From an uncultured virus (IMG/VR IMGVR_UViG_3300027608_000025) (lineage: Duplodnaviria; Heunggongvirae; Uroviricota; Caudoviricetes), in the IMG/VR virus record IMGVR_UViG_3300027608_000025: a DNA stretch of 64,000 bases; one strand, written 5' to 3'. Shown in pieces: positions 18,699 through 28,800 of the stretch. The position numbers were made by a program, and so were the translations under genes. The notes below the pieces were generated by a model. The model saw only the letters and a program-made list of their open reading frames with translations, was not told the DNA's origin and made no database searches. Position 1 is the first letter of the stretch; every line of letters begins with the position of its first letter.

Positions 18699-19871
18699 AT
18701 GTCACAATTACTCGAGTCACGCTGGTCGGAAACCAAAGAGGCACTGTTAGAAGGTCTTCAAGGTAACAAGCGTTCAGTAATGGCAACTACTCTAGAAAAT
18801 ACCCGCAAGTATTTGTCAGAGAGTGCTACTGCTGGAGCTACATCCGCCGGTAACGTTGCAACCCTAAATCGTGTGATCCTACCAGTGATCAGACGTGTGA
18901 TGCCTACGGTCATCGCTAATGAACTAGTTGGTGTACAACCACTAACTGGACCAGTTGGACAGATCCACACCCTACGTGTTCGTTATTCTGATACATTCTC
19001 AGGCGGCGCAGGCGGATCTACTACAGCCGGTGAAGAGGCATTAAGCCCATTCAAGATCGCTGAAGGCTATTCTGGAGCATCTCCAGGTAAGCCAGCTAGC
19101 ACTGCTGCACTAGAAGGTGTTGCTGGCAACAAACTAAGCATTCAGATCTTGAAACAAACAGTTGAAGCCAAGACACGTAAGTTGTCAGCTCGCTGGACTT
19201 TTGAAGCTGCTCAAGATGCACAAGCCCAACAAGGCATTGACATCGAAGCAGAAATCATGGCTGCTCTTGCACAAGAGATCACAGCTGAGATCGATCAAGA
19301 AGTTCTACGTAGCCTATCAACACTAGCTGGTACTGCTGCATTAACATACGACCAAGCTGCTGTTTCTGGTACAGCTACATTTGTTGGTGACGAACATGCT
19401 GCACTAGCTGTTCAGATCAATCGTGTTGCTAACTTGATCGCTCAGCGTACACGTCGTGGTGCTGGTAACTACGCTGTAGTTTCCCCAACAACATTGACAC
19501 TGCTGCAGTCTGCAACTACCAGTGCATTTGCTCGTACAACAGAAGGTACATTCGAAGCACCTACAAACACCAAGTTTGTTGGTACATTGAATTCAGCAAT
19601 GAAAGTATATGTTAACTCATATGCAGAAAATGATGATGTGTTGATTGGTTACAAAGGCGGATCAGAAAGTGATGCACCTGCATTCTATTGCCCATACATT
19701 CCATTGATGAGCAGTGGTGTTGTTCTTGACCCAGCAACTTTTGAACCAGTAGTTTCTTTCATGACACGTTATGGTTATGTTGAGCTAACAAACACAGCTT
19801 CTTCTCTAGGTAACGCAGCTGATTACCTAGGTAAAGTTGGTGTAACAAGCGCAAATCTACGTTTCGCCTAA
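18699..19871 (+). CDS. gp23: Major capsid protein
   Basis: VIRRVMP, VGVQPLTGPVGQI, KTRKL.ARWT.E.AQD, RTRRGAGN, FYCPYIPL, MTRYG. Confidence 0.96.
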   Translation: MSQLLESRWSETKEALLEGLQGNKRSVMATTLENTRKYLSESATAGATSAGNVATLNRVILPVIRRVMPTVIANELVGVQPLTGPVGQIHTLRVRYSDTFSGGAGGSTTAGEEALSPFKIAEGYSGASPGKPASTAALEGVAGNKLSIQILKQTVEAKTRKLSARWTFEAAQDAQAQQGIDIEAEIMAALAQEITAEIDQEVLRSLSTLAGTAALTYDQAAVSGTATFVGDEHAALAVQINRVANLIAQRTRRGAGNYAVVSPTTLTLLQSATTSAFARTTEGTFEAPTNTKFVGTLNSAMKVYVNSYAENDDVLIGYKGGSESDAPAFYCPYIPLMSSGVVLDPATFEPVVSFMTRYGYVELTNTASSLGNAADYLGKVGVTSANLRFA

Positions 19872-19893
19872 TCCGCAAAACGTTTGCAAACTT

Positions 19894-19922
19894 CAAAAAG
19901 GCTCTTCGGAGCCTTTTTGTTT
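19894..19922 (+). terminator. Rho-independent terminator after the major capsid gene
   Basis: CAAAAAGGCTC-TTCG-GAGCCTTTTTG, with a C(UUCG)G tetraloop and a U tract. Confidence 0.9.
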
Positions 19923-19937
19923 GACGTAAATAACTTA

Positions 19938-20207
19938 ATGCAGGTAACCAGCGATCAAGATTTCTCCCAGTTGCGCAGACATATTAATCAATGGCGCACA
20001 AGATTTCCTATGTTTGCTACCGATGTTCAACAGATTGAACGCATGGTAGAACAGCACATCGTAGAGTTCAGCAACGCTGGTATACGCTACAGACAAACGC
20101 ACAGGCGCAGCCATCTAGAACAGGCACAGCGAGAACTAGATGAAATAAACCGAATCGTTGCTACTGTGGAAAAAATGGAACTGATGAGTCTGCTGAGCCG
20201 CGGATAA
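19938..20207 (+). CDS. Hypothetical protein
   Basis: ATG 19938 (MQVTSDQDF) lies 5 nt after TAAATA 19927-19932. Confidence 0.6.
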   Translation: MQVTSDQDFSQLRRHINQWRTRFPMFATDVQQIERMVEQHIVEFSNAGIRYRQTHRRSHLEQAQRELDEINRIVATVEKMELMSLLSRG

Positions 20208-20277
20208 ATAAAGTATCTAGAAGAATTATGCGGTACCCGCCGCGTAGACCTAGAACGTCAAACACAAGGAGAAACAA

Positions 20278-20661
20278 ATGGGACGTCCAGTAAAAAAAGA
20301 TAAAAACGGTACGGTTGTATTTGGAGATTATACCACCACCGACGTTGGTATTAAATGTGAAGCCTATATAGGCGGAAGTAATCAAACAGATGTTTTCATT
20401 GTCCAACAAAGAGGATCAAGCAGATATCTAGTACAAGATAAATCTGCCGGTACAAAAGTAATTGCAAAACTAGTTGCAGGTACACCAGCAGCTGTTGGAG
20501 AAATGAGGATCACTGCTTTTACAGCAGGTGGCCCTGATGCATCAGCAACATACATACGAAAACTTACTAAGAAAATTGCTATAGATTTCAGCGGAAACAG
20601 ATATTCGTGGTTCTTAGATAACGACTCATCTGGTGATCAGTTGATTATTGCTCCATTTTAA
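20278..20661 (+). CDS. Hypothetical virion protein
   Basis: 127 aa, strong AAGGAG SD, late promoter at 20205-20210. Confidence 0.65.
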   Translation: MGRPVKKDKNGTVVFGDYTTTDVGIKCEAYIGGSNQTDVFIVQQRGSSRYLVQDKSAGTKVIAKLVAGTPAAVGEMRITAFTAGGPDASATYIRKLTKKIAIDFSGNRYSWFLDNDSSGDQLIIAPF

Positions 20662-20674
20662 TATAGGATCGTAA

Positions 20675-21727
20675 ATGGGACAGTTTCTCAGAGTCAACGG
20701 TGACTATAATATAAAAACAGCAGAAGGTGCCAAGATTGTTCTTGACACTGGTCCTGCTGCTTCTGGTGGATCAGTAAGGGTTACCGGAGACCTAGTCATC
20801 GAAGGAGAGACACTGTTTGTTGCTACAGAAAATCTAACTATAACCGACAACATCATCACGCTAAATGACGGTGAAACTGGCGAGGGAGTCACACTGATCT
20901 ATTCAGGAATTGAAATAGATCGAGGATTCCAAGGTGATTCCAGTGCTGCCCCTGCCGCAAGTTTTTTGTATGAAGAAACCAATACCACATGGCTGATAGC
21001 TAATAACTCTGCACCGGGACCTTTCAACTACGACGACAGCAATCTTAGACTGCGTAGAATCTATACCAACCCTACCACAGACGACGGCGACCTTACGCTA
21101 ATAGGCACAGGTACAGGAGTAGTCAAGGTACTTGGTACCATCAATTATGAAACACAGGTCTCACATGATGACGATTTGCCAAACAAAAAGTATGTTGATG
21201 ATTCAATCCTTAACAACCCTACATTTCAGATTCTATCGCCGCAGGGTCAAGATACTCGTGTTATAATTGCAGATAAAGAGATTACCCCCGATGTTTCGGC
21301 TACAGCCGGATCGTTGTCATATTATACTGCTCAAACTGGATTTCCTAGCCCAGGTGAAAGTGCAGTGTCTGTGATTGTCGACAACACACTAATAGGTCAG
21401 TTCTATAATAATCGTTTAGAAATTTCAGATCTTGAGATCGGCGGAGGTATAGACAGCAACGAGATTACCACTAAGCATGGTATTACCAACCTCAACATCT
21501 ATGTAAGAACACAGGGTACAGGCAAGTTACAGACCAACTATGCCATACAGCTAGAAAAAACAGGTGTGGCACCTACATATGTCTCAGACAACATACTGCT
21601 CTATGGCGACACTCCTGGTACAGGCACATCGGGCATATGGTTTGTCAACGATTCAGCAGAAGCTGCCAAACAGAACGGAGAATTAATCAGCAAAAACCGC
21701 GCATTGGTTTTTAGCATGTTATTTTAA
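20675..21727 (+). CDS. Virion structural protein
   Basis: 350 aa, beta-rich fibre-like motifs (DNIITLN.GE, GIEIDRG, DLPNKKYVD). Confidence 0.6.
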   Translation: MGQFLRVNGDYNIKTAEGAKIVLDTGPAASGGSVRVTGDLVIEGETLFVATENLTITDNIITLNDGETGEGVTLIYSGIEIDRGFQGDSSAAPAASFLYEETNTTWLIANNSAPGPFNYDDSNLRLRRIYTNPTTDDGDLTLIGTGTGVVKVLGTINYETQVSHDDDLPNKKYVDDSILNNPTFQILSPQGQDTRVIIADKEITPDVSATAGSLSYYTAQTGFPSPGESAVSVIVDNTLIGQFYNNRLEISDLEIGGGIDSNEITTKHGITNLNIYVRTQGTGKLQTNYAIQLEKTGVAPTYVSDNILLYGDTPGTGTSGIWFVNDSAEAAKQNGELISKNRALVFSMLF

Positions 21728-21736
21728 GAGACCCAT

Positions 21737-22138
21737 ATGATACGTAATTATGAAAACCCAGAAAACACAATTTTACTGATAGATTCCACCAGTGTGACGG
21801 TGCCTGTGAAAGTATTCACCAGTTCAACCACAGGCGGTCCTATTGTCGGAGGTGTCATAGGCAGACAAAATGCAGTAACAACCATAGCACTGTGTAACAC
21901 AGCTGCCCCAAGTACAGCTGATGAAACAACCAATGCAGTCACAGTGAATATCTATGTGGTACGCAGCGGCAAGACCGCAGGTAGCGGCAATTTAATCGTC
22001 AGCAATCTCACAGTTCCTGCTGGAGAAACTGTGTTTTTCTCAGAAGAAAGACTGGTGTTTGACAGTGGAGATGAACTGTGGGTTGGAACATCTGCTGCGG
22101 CAAGATTAAGTGTAACTGTGAGCGCACTAGCAGTATGA
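21737..22138 (+). CDS. Small virion beta-sandwich protein (paralogue of 25148 and 38818)
   Basis: 133 aa with a shared pattern (.CN...V.I....VP..ET.....LV...GD.L.V). Confidence 0.6.
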   Translation: MIRNYENPENTILLIDSTSVTVPVKVFTSSTTGGPIVGGVIGRQNAVTTIALCNTAAPSTADETTNAVTVNIYVVRSGKTAGSGNLIVSNLTVPAGETVFFSEERLVFDSGDELWVGTSAAARLSVTVSALAV

Positions 22139-22860
22139 AGTTCTTAAAGACCAAAGGTATTTCAAAATTCAGTATCAATGATCGCGCATTGATATACTAT
22201 CCCGATGGTGTGGGGCCCGGTAACAGAATCGTGGTCAACGCCAAAGGCGGTATTATGCTGCCCAAAGGAACTACAGCTCAGCGTCCTCAACTAACCAGTG
22301 TGCGACAACCCACAGATGCTAACGGCACTATAAGATACAACACTTCTACCACTAGCATAGAAGCTTATGTAGGTGGTGCATGGGTTATTGTGGCCAGTGC
22401 ATTTGCCGCAGCTATAACCAAACAGACACTAGGACCAGGAGACGGAACTTCTACCATCTTTGGTCCTTTGAACACAACATTTGCTGCTAGTTATGCTGCC
22501 AGCGCAGACAATATTATAGTGTTGGTAGAAAATGTTATGCAGATTTCTACCACTAACTTTACCATTAATCAAAATCCCACCAGTTCAGGCACAGGTGCGG
22601 AAATCAATGCTAGTACATTAACATCGGCCAATAACGGCACTGAGTATATTATTACTGCTGTCGGTTCTACAACATTCACATCATTTGGTGCGGCTGCTAA
22701 TACTGTAGGCACAGTTTTTACTAAATCCGGTGGTACGATCACGGGCTCTGGTAAGGTGCGTGAAACAGGATATTACCTTTCTTTTACATCAGCTGTGCCA
22801 GCATCAGGAGGAGGCGGTAATCCAGTTTACGTAACTGTGTACTACGGATACGCCAACTAA
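22135..22860 (+). CDS. Virion structural protein
   Basis: Probable start ATG 22135 (ATGA overlap, MKFLKTK). Contains the PKGTTAQRP...GTIRYN...EAY motif common in fibre proteins. Confidence 0.65.
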   Translation: MKFLKTKGISKFSINDRALIYYPDGVGPGNRIVVNAKGGIMLPKGTTAQRPQLTSVRQPTDANGTIRYNTSTTSIEAYVGGAWVIVASAFAAAITKQTLGPGDGTSTIFGPLNTTFAASYAASADNIIVLVENVMQISTTNFTINQNPTSSGTGAEINASTLTSANNGTEYIITAVGSTTFTSFGAAANTVGTVFTKSGGTITGSGKVRETGYYLSFTSAVPASGGGGNPVYVTVYYGYAN

Positions 22861-22862
22861 CT

Positions 22863-23957
22863 ATGAGTCAACTGGGACGCATTAGTGGACAGGTACTCAC
22901 AGACAACCTGTTACGTGCAGGTATTAACCTTGCGTTTGAAACTGACCTACTTTATCTAGACGTTACTAATAACAGAATTGGTATCAAAGATTCTACTCCT
23001 ATCTATGATCTAGATATAAATTCAAACATACTTACCAACGAACTAACAGTGACAACTCAAGCTGCACTGGGTAATTTACGTATTAATGCTCCTAACACAT
23101 TTTCTACCAGTGTAGGCGGCATAGACGTTTTTATCAATGGTGGCGGAGACATATTCCATGACAGAGTTATCACAAACAATCTAGTCGTTAATGATAATCA
23201 GATATCTAGTATAGCTAATTCAAACATAGTTATAGATCCCAACGGCTCAGGCACAGCGGAGCTGAGATCCAACACAGATATCACTGGCGACCTCGCAGTT
23301 ACTGGCAACATCAATGTGTCTGGAAATCTAACTGGACTTGATACTCTGACTCTAGGCGACCAAACCATAGATACAGTTACAATAAACACTGATTTTACAC
23401 AGAGTATTATTCTAGGGGATGATGTTACTTATGCCTTGGGTGCAGATGCAGGAGATTCAAGCCCTCGACGATGGGCTGAATTACATGTACCTCAATGGCA
23501 GAACATTTCTACTGGTGCATGGCCCGGTAGCGGGCTAGTAACACAAACGGTGACAGTCAGTGGTCAAATGACCCTGGATGGAACCATAAACAAAATATCT
23601 GCCATACAATCAAATGAAGATATATTTCTTAACCCTTACACTGGTATTACTGATATAGAAAATATACGCTGGCAGATCAATGACATTACTAATCTCAACA
23701 GCACTGCACTCACAATAGCAGGCACAGGCATAGGGTACTATCAGTTCACAGGTACCAACGGTATGGTGATACCGGCTGGGGACAACTCTCAACGTCGAGC
23801 GAGCCCCGAAGTAGGTGAAACTCGCTGGAACACAGATGAGGGATATCTCGAATGCTATGATGGCACAGTATGGGTTGTGAGCACAGGTGGCGGTATCGAG
23901 GTAACAGTGGAAATCATGGAAGATCTCGGCCACGTCTATACCCTAATGCTGGGATAA
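22863..23957 (+). CDS. Virion fibre-like protein (paralogue of 24091)
   Basis: GRISG..L..NLLRAG.NLAFETDLLYLDV N-terminus; P.G....R....G..R.N...LE..DG..W C-terminus. Confidence 0.65.
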   Translation: MSQLGRISGQVLTDNLLRAGINLAFETDLLYLDVTNNRIGIKDSTPIYDLDINSNILTNELTVTTQAALGNLRINAPNTFSTSVGGIDVFINGGGDIFHDRVITNNLVVNDNQISSIANSNIVIDPNGSGTAELRSNTDITGDLAVTGNINVSGNLTGLDTLTLGDQTIDTVTINTDFTQSIILGDDVTYALGADAGDSSPRRWAELHVPQWQNISTGAWPGSGLVTQTVTVSGQMTLDGTINKISAIQSNEDIFLNPYTGITDIENIRWQINDITNLNSTALTIAGTGIGYYQFTGTNGMVIPAGDNSQRRASPEVGETRWNTDEGYLECYDGTVWVVSTGGGIEVTVEIMEDLGHVYTLMLG

Positions 23958-24090
23958 TTTCCAAAACAACTAAATACTTTAATTGCTGTAGTTGACCAAA
24001 TTACTGCAGGATCCGACTGTGGTAAACCGGCAAAGAGCGTGAGCTGAAAATCTGGTTAACGGTGAAACACCGGGTTATTTTGGAGAGCTA

Positions 24091-25143
24091 ATGGCTATTG
24101 GTCGTATTTCCGGTCAGCTCTTGAAATCCAACTTGCTTCGTGCAGGCGAGAATTTGGCTTTCGAGACAGACTTACTCTATTTGGATGTTGTTAACTCTCG
24201 CATCGGGATAAAAACAGCAGCCCCTAGCACAGACCTCGATGTCAACGGTCACACTCGTTCAACTAATCTCACTGTAGATACACAACTAAATGTAGGCGAT
24301 CTACACTTCACTGGTAATACCATAACCAGTGATTCTTCAACCATAAACTTTGCAGCGGCCGCAGGTGAAGCCACCGTTTATCATTCGAGACTGCAGATAG
24401 ATGATCTGCAACTGCAGGGCAACACCATATCAACCACTGTGAGCAACAGCAGCATAGAAATAGACCCCAACGGCACAGGTACTGTTAATATTATTGCTAA
24501 TACCAATATCACCGGTAACCTAGGAGTCACAGGCAACATCTCTGCCACAGGCAATGTGGTTATAGGCGGTAACATACAGATTGGTGATGCACTTACAGAT
24601 AATATTATATTCAATGCCAGCATCCGCAGCGATCTTGTGCCAGAAACTGACAACACCTATGATCTAGGTTCTGTTGCATTCCGTTGGAGAGCTGTTTACG
24701 CTGCTAATCTGTACACAGATATTATCACTGTACCTGCACTAGATGTAGGTAACTTGATGTTCCGTGATAATGAAATCACTACCACAACAGGACAAGACCT
24801 ATACATTGACGGCAATGGTGCAGGAGGTGTGAGATTAGGCAATTTCCGTATAGTAGATAATGTGATCACTAACATAACCTCCGGAGCGGTATCACAGATA
24901 GCACAGACAGGTATTGGATATTTTAAAATACAAGGCACCAACGGTTTTGTGCCTCCTGTAGGAGCATCCGGAAATAGACCAACTGCATATGCTGTGTTAG
25001 GTATGACAAGATTCAACACTGATTCCGCTGCTTTGGAGATATGGGACGGCGCAGACTGGGCATCACCAGCAGGTGCATCAGGTGCTGTTTCTGTTGCAGA
25101 AGCCAACGACATCGCTGCTCAATTAGCATTGACACTAGGATAA
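24091..25143 (+). CDS. Virion fibre-like protein (paralogue of 22863)
   Basis: Same N- and C-terminal motifs as 22863. Has its own TAAATA at 23971-23976. Confidence 0.65.
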   Translation: MAIGRISGQLLKSNLLRAGENLAFETDLLYLDVVNSRIGIKTAAPSTDLDVNGHTRSTNLTVDTQLNVGDLHFTGNTITSDSSTINFAAAAGEATVYHSRLQIDDLQLQGNTISTTVSNSSIEIDPNGTGTVNIIANTNITGNLGVTGNISATGNVVIGGNIQIGDALTDNIIFNASIRSDLVPETDNTYDLGSVAFRWRAVYAANLYTDIITVPALDVGNLMFRDNEITTTTGQDLYIDGNGAGGVRLGNFRIVDNVITNITSGAVSQIAQTGIGYFKIQGTNGFVPPVGASGNRPTAYAVLGMTRFNTDSAALEIWDGADWASPAGASGAVSVAEANDIAAQLALTLG

Positions 25144-25147
25144 ACAT

Positions 25148-25480
25148 ATGCCAACAGTATTTAAACACGCACTGGTTACACAAATAGGCACTAACCCCAC
25201 CGATGTAGTAGAGATTGGCGCAGGAGTCCGAGCCACAGTTATAGGCTGTAATCTAGCTAACGTGACAGAGTACGACACTGTGGTAGTGGACATACAGGTA
25301 GTGGGTGTAGATACCACAGTGGCATACTATGTCAAGGGATTAATAATCCCACCAAACACATCTGTGAAAGTGATCACACAGGGCGAAAAATTAATACTGC
25401 CCGCAGAAACAGAACTGCGAATGGTCAGCGACACCGCAGACAGTGTCGATGCCACAGTAAGTTACGTTGAAATATCATAA
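25148..25480 (+). CDS. Small virion protein
   Basis: 110 aa, paralogue of 21737 and 38818. Confidence 0.6.
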   Translation: MPTVFKHALVTQIGTNPTDVVEIGAGVRATVIGCNLANVTEYDTVVVDIQVVGVDTTVAYYVKGLIIPPNTSVKVITQGEKLILPAETELRMVSDTADSVDATVSYVEIS

Positions 25481-25489
25481 GGATCGATC

Positions 25490-25855
25490 ATGCCAAGCAC
25501 ATATTATCTAGGAACCAGTCCAGACGAAGCACTAGGAGATAGCCCTCGATACTGGTATGCTTTGCGTAGAAATGAAGACGGTGAATTATTTTTGCTACGC
25601 AGTGATCAACTCAAAGACAAAGACAGCATTGAATTAAATCTTCCTGGGGCCCCCGAAGAAAATTTTGAGGATCTTGAACCTGGAGTAGATTATTTTGACG
25701 GTATCACCGAGGACCATGAGGTAGAATACGATAATTTAGTATATACACAATATCGTTGGGATAATCGTAACATGCTCTACTACGTAGACAGTAACGGTAG
25801 GCTAACACAGCGGATAAATCAAGGTTACACATACCCTACAGGACATTCAAGTTAA
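25490..25855 (+). CDS. Hypothetical virion protein
   Basis: 121 aa in the late operon, AAGGA SD. Confidence 0.6.
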   Translation: MPSTYYLGTSPDEALGDSPRYWYALRRNEDGELFLLRSDQLKDKDSIELNLPGAPEENFEDLEPGVDYFDGITEDHEVEYDNLVYTQYRWDNRNMLYYVDSNGRLTQRINQGYTYPTGHSS

Positions 25856-25867
25856 ACGGAATAAATT

Positions 25868-28800
25868 ATGGCAGAATTTAAAATCAGTAGAATTAGATAT
25901 ACATGGCGCAATGCGTGGTCTAACACTACGGCGTACAATCGTGACGATGTAGTTAGATACGGTGGAAGCACATGGATCTGTCAAAGGCAACACACAGCTT
26001 CCACGTTCGCTGCTGATCAGGCATATCTTGCTAATGCGGGAGATTCACAACCATCTCCTGCATGGTTGAAGATGACCGACGGCTATGCCTGGAGAGGTGC
26101 ATGGACACAGTCAACTTTATATAATCCTGGCGATATCGCTCTATATGGCGGAGTGATTTATCTATGCGTGACCAGCCATCCATCGCAATCAACATTTGAT
26201 GCTAACATAGCAAATTGGGCTGTGTATCTCAGTGCTGATAATTGGCGCACAGCCTGGTTACCAAATATCAGATACGGTATAGGTGATGTTGTAAGATACA
26301 ACGGCACCGTATATAGGTGCGTAGTAGGGCACACATCATCATCCACAGCACTGGGACTAGAGATAGGTAATAACGATAATCAAGACGACAGCACCGGAGA
26401 ACTTTGGCAAGTGGTCTATGAAGGTATACAGTATGTAGGAGCATGGACCGCTGCTACGAGATACAGAGAAAACGATCTAGTAAAATACGGTGGCAGTATA
26501 TTACGTTGCATAATAGGGCATGTAGCAGATGCAAATATAACCAACGCTAATTTTGTCACAGAATTTCCAGGATTTAATTTTTATCAAGAATGGAGCAACT
26601 CGGTCTATTATGCTATCGGTGATGTTGTTCGCCATGGCGGATATTTATACATTTCTAACAATAATAACACAGCCAGTACCTCTCCGGTGTTGGATTCTAC
26701 AAATTGGCAAGTGTTGTCTAAACAAATTAATTTCCAAGGCGATTGGTCGGCTAGTGTAGATTATAAAATAGGTGATTTAGTAAGACGTGGTGGAGATCTA
26801 TATGTTGCAGTTACTGATGTAATCGACGATGGTAGTTCTCTCGATTATCTCGACGATGGAGATTGGGAAAAAATTACCGTAGGACAAAATTGGAGAGCTT
26901 CATGGGTAATAAATCAACAATATAGTGTTAACGATCTAGTAATTTATCTAGGGAATACCTATAAATGCAATTTTGAACACATAGCCACAAATCAAAATTT
27001 TCCTGGAGATAACGGATCTGGATTTTTCTATTGGGATTTATTAATACAGGCAGGACAAGACGCTGGTATGACTACCAGAGGCGATTTGCTAACCTATGAT
27101 CTTAGCAGATCACTGCAAGGTGACGGCAGCACTTTTGGTCCAGCAAGAGTACCTGTAGGTGAAAGCGATCAGTTGCTGATAGTCAATAATGAAAACAGTG
27201 TAGATTACGCCTATTGGGGAGACATTGCCAGAGTACGCTATGTCAGCCTAGACGGAGTAGACGATGACACAGATCCAGAACGTGGAACCAGCCAATTCCT
27301 TCCTTGGAGAACCATAAGATATGCCTGTGAAAAAGTAGACGACGGATTTTCAGGAACGACTACGATCAGAGTCAGCGTGGGCGAGTTTGAAGAAATTATT
27401 CCGATTATCGTGCCAGCACGAACTGTGATACTAGGAGCAGAACTTAGAAGCACCACAATCAAAGCAGCTGGACCAATCGCAGCATTGGCTCTAGACCGTA
27501 CATACCACATCGCGGTGTTGAATAGAATTTCAGGAATAATACAGGCTATTGTTGCAGGAACTGCTATTAGTCCCCCAAAATCTGCAGGTAATATATTAAA
27601 TCCTGTAATTGTAACTGAAACAGTATCTATTTCGTTTAGCCCACCACAGTTCGATGAATTCGGTAGTGAAATTTTTGACACATCCACTCAACCTCGACCT
27701 ACTAGTAATACTGCTGCAATAGCTATACAGACTAAAATTGCAAATATTATTGCTTATATTAATTTTAATATAAATTCTACCGGCAGCAATCCTACACTGG
27801 TCGGAACTAACACCGCAGTAACAGATGTTGAATATACTAACACTGTGTTACAACTTGAAGCTAACAAAGAATTTCTAGCTGCAGAAGCTGTGGCATTTAT
27901 GCAGGTAACATATCCTATATACGCATTTGATACCATCCGATTAAGCACTGACATACGTAGGTACATAGACGCTTTTAAGTATGATATAATTTATACTGGT
28001 AATTATAAATCATTACTAGCAGCTAGGTATTATAGAAATGCTGTGCTAGGATGTAATGAAAGCGAAGATATGTTCTATGTGCGAAATTCCACAGGTATTA
28101 GAAACTGTACTCTCAAAGGACTTGAATCAACGTTAAATCCACCCGCAGCTTTTGATCTGTATCAGAAACCCCTAGGCGGTGCATATGTATCCTTGGATCC
28201 AGGTTGGGGTCCAGCTGACAATCGCACCTGGATCACCACCCGATCACCGTACATCCAAGGAGTTACTACCATAGGTACTGGTTGTGTTGGACAAAAGATT
28301 GATGGAGCACTACACAACGGTGGTAACAGATCTATCGTCAGCAATGATTTCACACAGGTTCTCTCAGATGGCATAGGTGCTTGGGTGTTGAACAACGGTC
28401 GTGCTGAATTGGTATCAGTGTTCTCATACTATGCGCACATCGGTTACCTAGCTGAAGACGGTGGAGTTATTAGAGCCACGAATGGTAACTGTTCCTACGG
28501 TGCCTATGGTGCTATATCCGACGGTGTGGATGCTTCGGAAACCCCAGCCACGGCCGCGGTCTATACCAGAGCACAACAGGCCAGCATAGCAGCGGCATTT
28601 GCTGGAGATTTCGTAGATGAAATACAGATCTTAGAATTCGCCAACTGCGGAAATGATTATACCTCAGCTACTGCAACTTTTGCAGGTGCCGGCGTAGATG
28701 CTGCTGTGGTATTTGAAGATTTCCGTGATGATGCTGTTTTTGAAGCCAGGCTGCTTGATGCCAACGCTGGAACAGCAACCATTGCCACAGCCATTGGAGG

